64,000 bases of DNA, from NCBI GenBank assembly GCA_030638825.1, contig DAOWDU010000011.1, forward strand, positions 5,675-69,674, in the 5' to 3' direction. The notes beneath the pieces are model-generated. The model worked only from the letters and a program-made list of their open reading frames with translations, did not search any database and was not told where the DNA came from. Origin of the DNA: a bacterium (GTDB lineage: Bacteria; Patescibacteriota; Minisyncoccia; JAHIHE01; JAGLIN01). Made by a program: the position numbers and the translations under genes. Shown here piece after piece: positions 62,453 through 64,000 of this stretch (positions are counted from its first letter, which is position 1; the number at the start of each line of letters is the position of its first letter).

Positions 62453-64000
62453 ATGATCAAAAAACTAATCAACGGAAAAACTGGGTCTATCACGACTGCC
62501 GCTTTTATTTTGGGAGCGGCATCTTTGGCAAGCAAAACGCTGGGGCTGCTTAGAGAAAATATTTTAGCGAGAGAATTTGGCGCTGGCCGTGAGATGGATA
62601 TTTATTTAGCCGCTTTTAGAATTCCTGATTTCATTTTTAACATCGTCGTGATCGGCGCTTTGTCTGCCGGTTTCATTCCCGTCTTTACAAAACTTATTTC
62701 CGAAAAAAAAGAACAGCGCGCTTTTCGAACTGCGAACGCTGTTTTAAATTTGCTTTTTGTAATTCTAATTTTTTTATGCGTCTTAGCAATTATTTTCGCG
62801 CCGAGTTTAATCAATCTTTTAACGCCTGGATTTGATAGCGCTAAAAAAGAAGCGACGGTTGAACTTACCCGCATTATGTTTTTAAGTCCGATCTTTTTAC
62901 TTCTCAGCAGTGTCATTGGCGGCATTCTTCAATCTTATCAAAGATTTTTTATTTATTCGCTCTCTCCCATTTTATACAATCTTGGCATTATCGCGGGAGC
63001 GCTTTATTTCACAGAATTGTGGGGATTGAAAGGATTGGCGTGGGGAGTTGTTCTCGGATCGTTTTTGCATTTTGTAGTCCAAATTCCTGTTGTTAGAAAA
63101 TTGGGATTTAGCTATCAGTGGATTATAGACCTAAAAGACAGCGGAGTTAGAAAAATTATCAAGATGATGATTCCTCGCACTCTTACGCTTTTCATAGTCC
63201 AGTTTAATCTTGTGATAATTACTATTATTGCTTCTACTTTGGATGAAGGAAGTTTGGCAGTTTTTAATTTTGCTAATAATTTGCAAAGTTTTCCTTTGGG
63301 ACTTTTTGCTATTTCATTTGCGATCGCTTCATTTCCAGTGTTGTCAGCTTTGAGCGGTGAAGAAAAAAGAAATGAGTTTGCGAAAAATTTAAACATTATT
63401 ACGAAACAAATATTATTTTTTATAATTCCAGCGAGCGTTTTGCTTATTATCTTGCGCGCGCAAATTGTCAGAGTGATTTTAGGATGGGGAAAATTTGACT
63501 GGCAGGATACTATTTTAACTTTGAACGCTTTGCAGATTTTTGCGTTAAGTTTATTTGCGCAAGCGTTAATCCCTCTTTTTTCACGCGCTTTTTGGGCATT
63601 GCATAATGCTAAAACACCATTTTTGACAGCTCTAATAAGCGCTGTCATAAATTTAATTTTGGCTATTACTCTAAGCGAACAATTTGGAATTTCTGGACTG
63701 GTCGGCGCTTTTTCTATTTCCGCGATTATTAACGCTTTACTCTTGTATTATTTTATAAATAAAAAACTGGACTTTGCTTGTCACCGTAAAATTTACAAAC
63801 CGCTTTTAAAAATAATTTTCGCTTCTGTAATCGCTGGATTATTTTCCTACGCAACTTTATATGCTATTGAACCTTTTCTAAACACGCGAACTGTCATCGG
63901 AATTTTTACGCAAGGATTATCAGCGGGACTTGTTGGAATTGCCGTTTATTGTTTTCTTGCCTGGAAACTTTCTATTGAAGAATTTATGATTTTCAAAAAT
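62453..64000 (+). CDS. murJ: Lipid II flippase MurJ (MviN), partial. The 3' end is beyond the window.
   Basis: Manual translation from the ATG at 62453 gives MIKKLINGKTGSITTAAFILGAASLASKTLGLLRENILAREFGAGREMDIYLAAFRIPDFIFN..., which is the MurJ N-terminal consensus. More than 12 TM helices follow with no stop to 64000. Confidence 0.85.
   Translation, partial: MIKKLINGKTGSITTAAFILGAASLASKTLGLLRENILAREFGAGREMDIYLAAFRIPDFIFNIVVIGALSAGFIPVFTKLISEKKEQRAFRTANAVLNLLFVILIFLCVLAIIFAPSLINLLTPGFDSAKKEATVELTRIMFLSPIFLLLSSVIGGILQSYQRFFIYSLSPILYNLGIIAGALYFTELWGLKGLAWGVVLGSFLHFVVQIPVVRKLGFSYQWIIDLKDSGVRKIIKMMIPRTLTLFIVQFNLVIITIIASTLDEGSLAVFNFANNLQSFPLGLFAISFAIASFPVLSALSGEEKRNEFAKNLNIITKQILFFIIPASVLLIILRAQIVRVILGWGKFDWQDTILTLNALQIFALSLFAQALIPLFSRAFWALHNAKTPFLTALISAVINLILAITLSEQFGISGLVGAFSISAIINALLLYYFINKKLDFACHRKIYKPLLKIIFASVIAGLFSYATLYAIEPFLNTRTVIGIFTQGLSAGLVGIAVYCFLAWKLSIEEFMIFKN

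Noticed and set aside
62602-63648. Minus-strand ORFs 62602-62925 and 63115-63648
   Set aside because: They are antisense to murJ, whose N-terminal consensus is clear on the plus strand.

Overview
This 64 kb window is an AT-rich bacterial chromosome segment. Its gene content and style fit a small-genome Patescibacteria/CPR-like organism; this is an inference from the sequence, not a database hit. About 64 CDS and RNA genes can be supported. Housekeeping genes present are infB-rbfA, rplS, ligA, valS, pnp, rpsO, pcrA/uvrD, rsmA/ksgA, gyrA, nfo, an nrnA-like DHH phosphoesterase and murJ (partial). There is a type IV pilus cluster: pilD, two pilins, pilT, a CheY-like regulator, pilB and pilM. On the plus strand lies a type-IV-secretion-like cluster with VirB6-like, PrgI/VirB3-like, VirB4-like and VirB2-like genes (25.6-35.4 kb). 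There are two HEPN/MNT-type nucleotidyltransferase modules, two NYN-domain proteins and a wHTH-Cas2-like orphan gene. RNA genes are five tRNAs (Phe-GAA, Leu-GAG, Ser-CGA, Ile-UAU, Gly-GCC) and an unannotated RNase P RNA. The most unusual property is a dense set of palindromic and hairpin repeat families. Several copies sit in frame inside conserved genes (valS, nfo, pcrA, rsmA, a beta-helix protein), and one supplies the C-terminus and stop codon of nrnA. Two families show compensatory stem changes between copies, which argues for selection on the hairpin structure. Heptamer tandem arrays lie inside pilD (two), valS and pcrA. An inverted-repeat pair flanks a four-helix-bundle (23S-IVS/Avd-like) gene and also occurs nearby as a solo hairpin. 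A recurrent ACATATAAACA-type motif sits at many gene and tRNA 5' ends. The valS gene also carries a ~210 aa insertion with the hallmarks of a histidine-phosphatase (PGAM-like) domain. No rRNA, CRISPR array or reverse transcriptase was seen.
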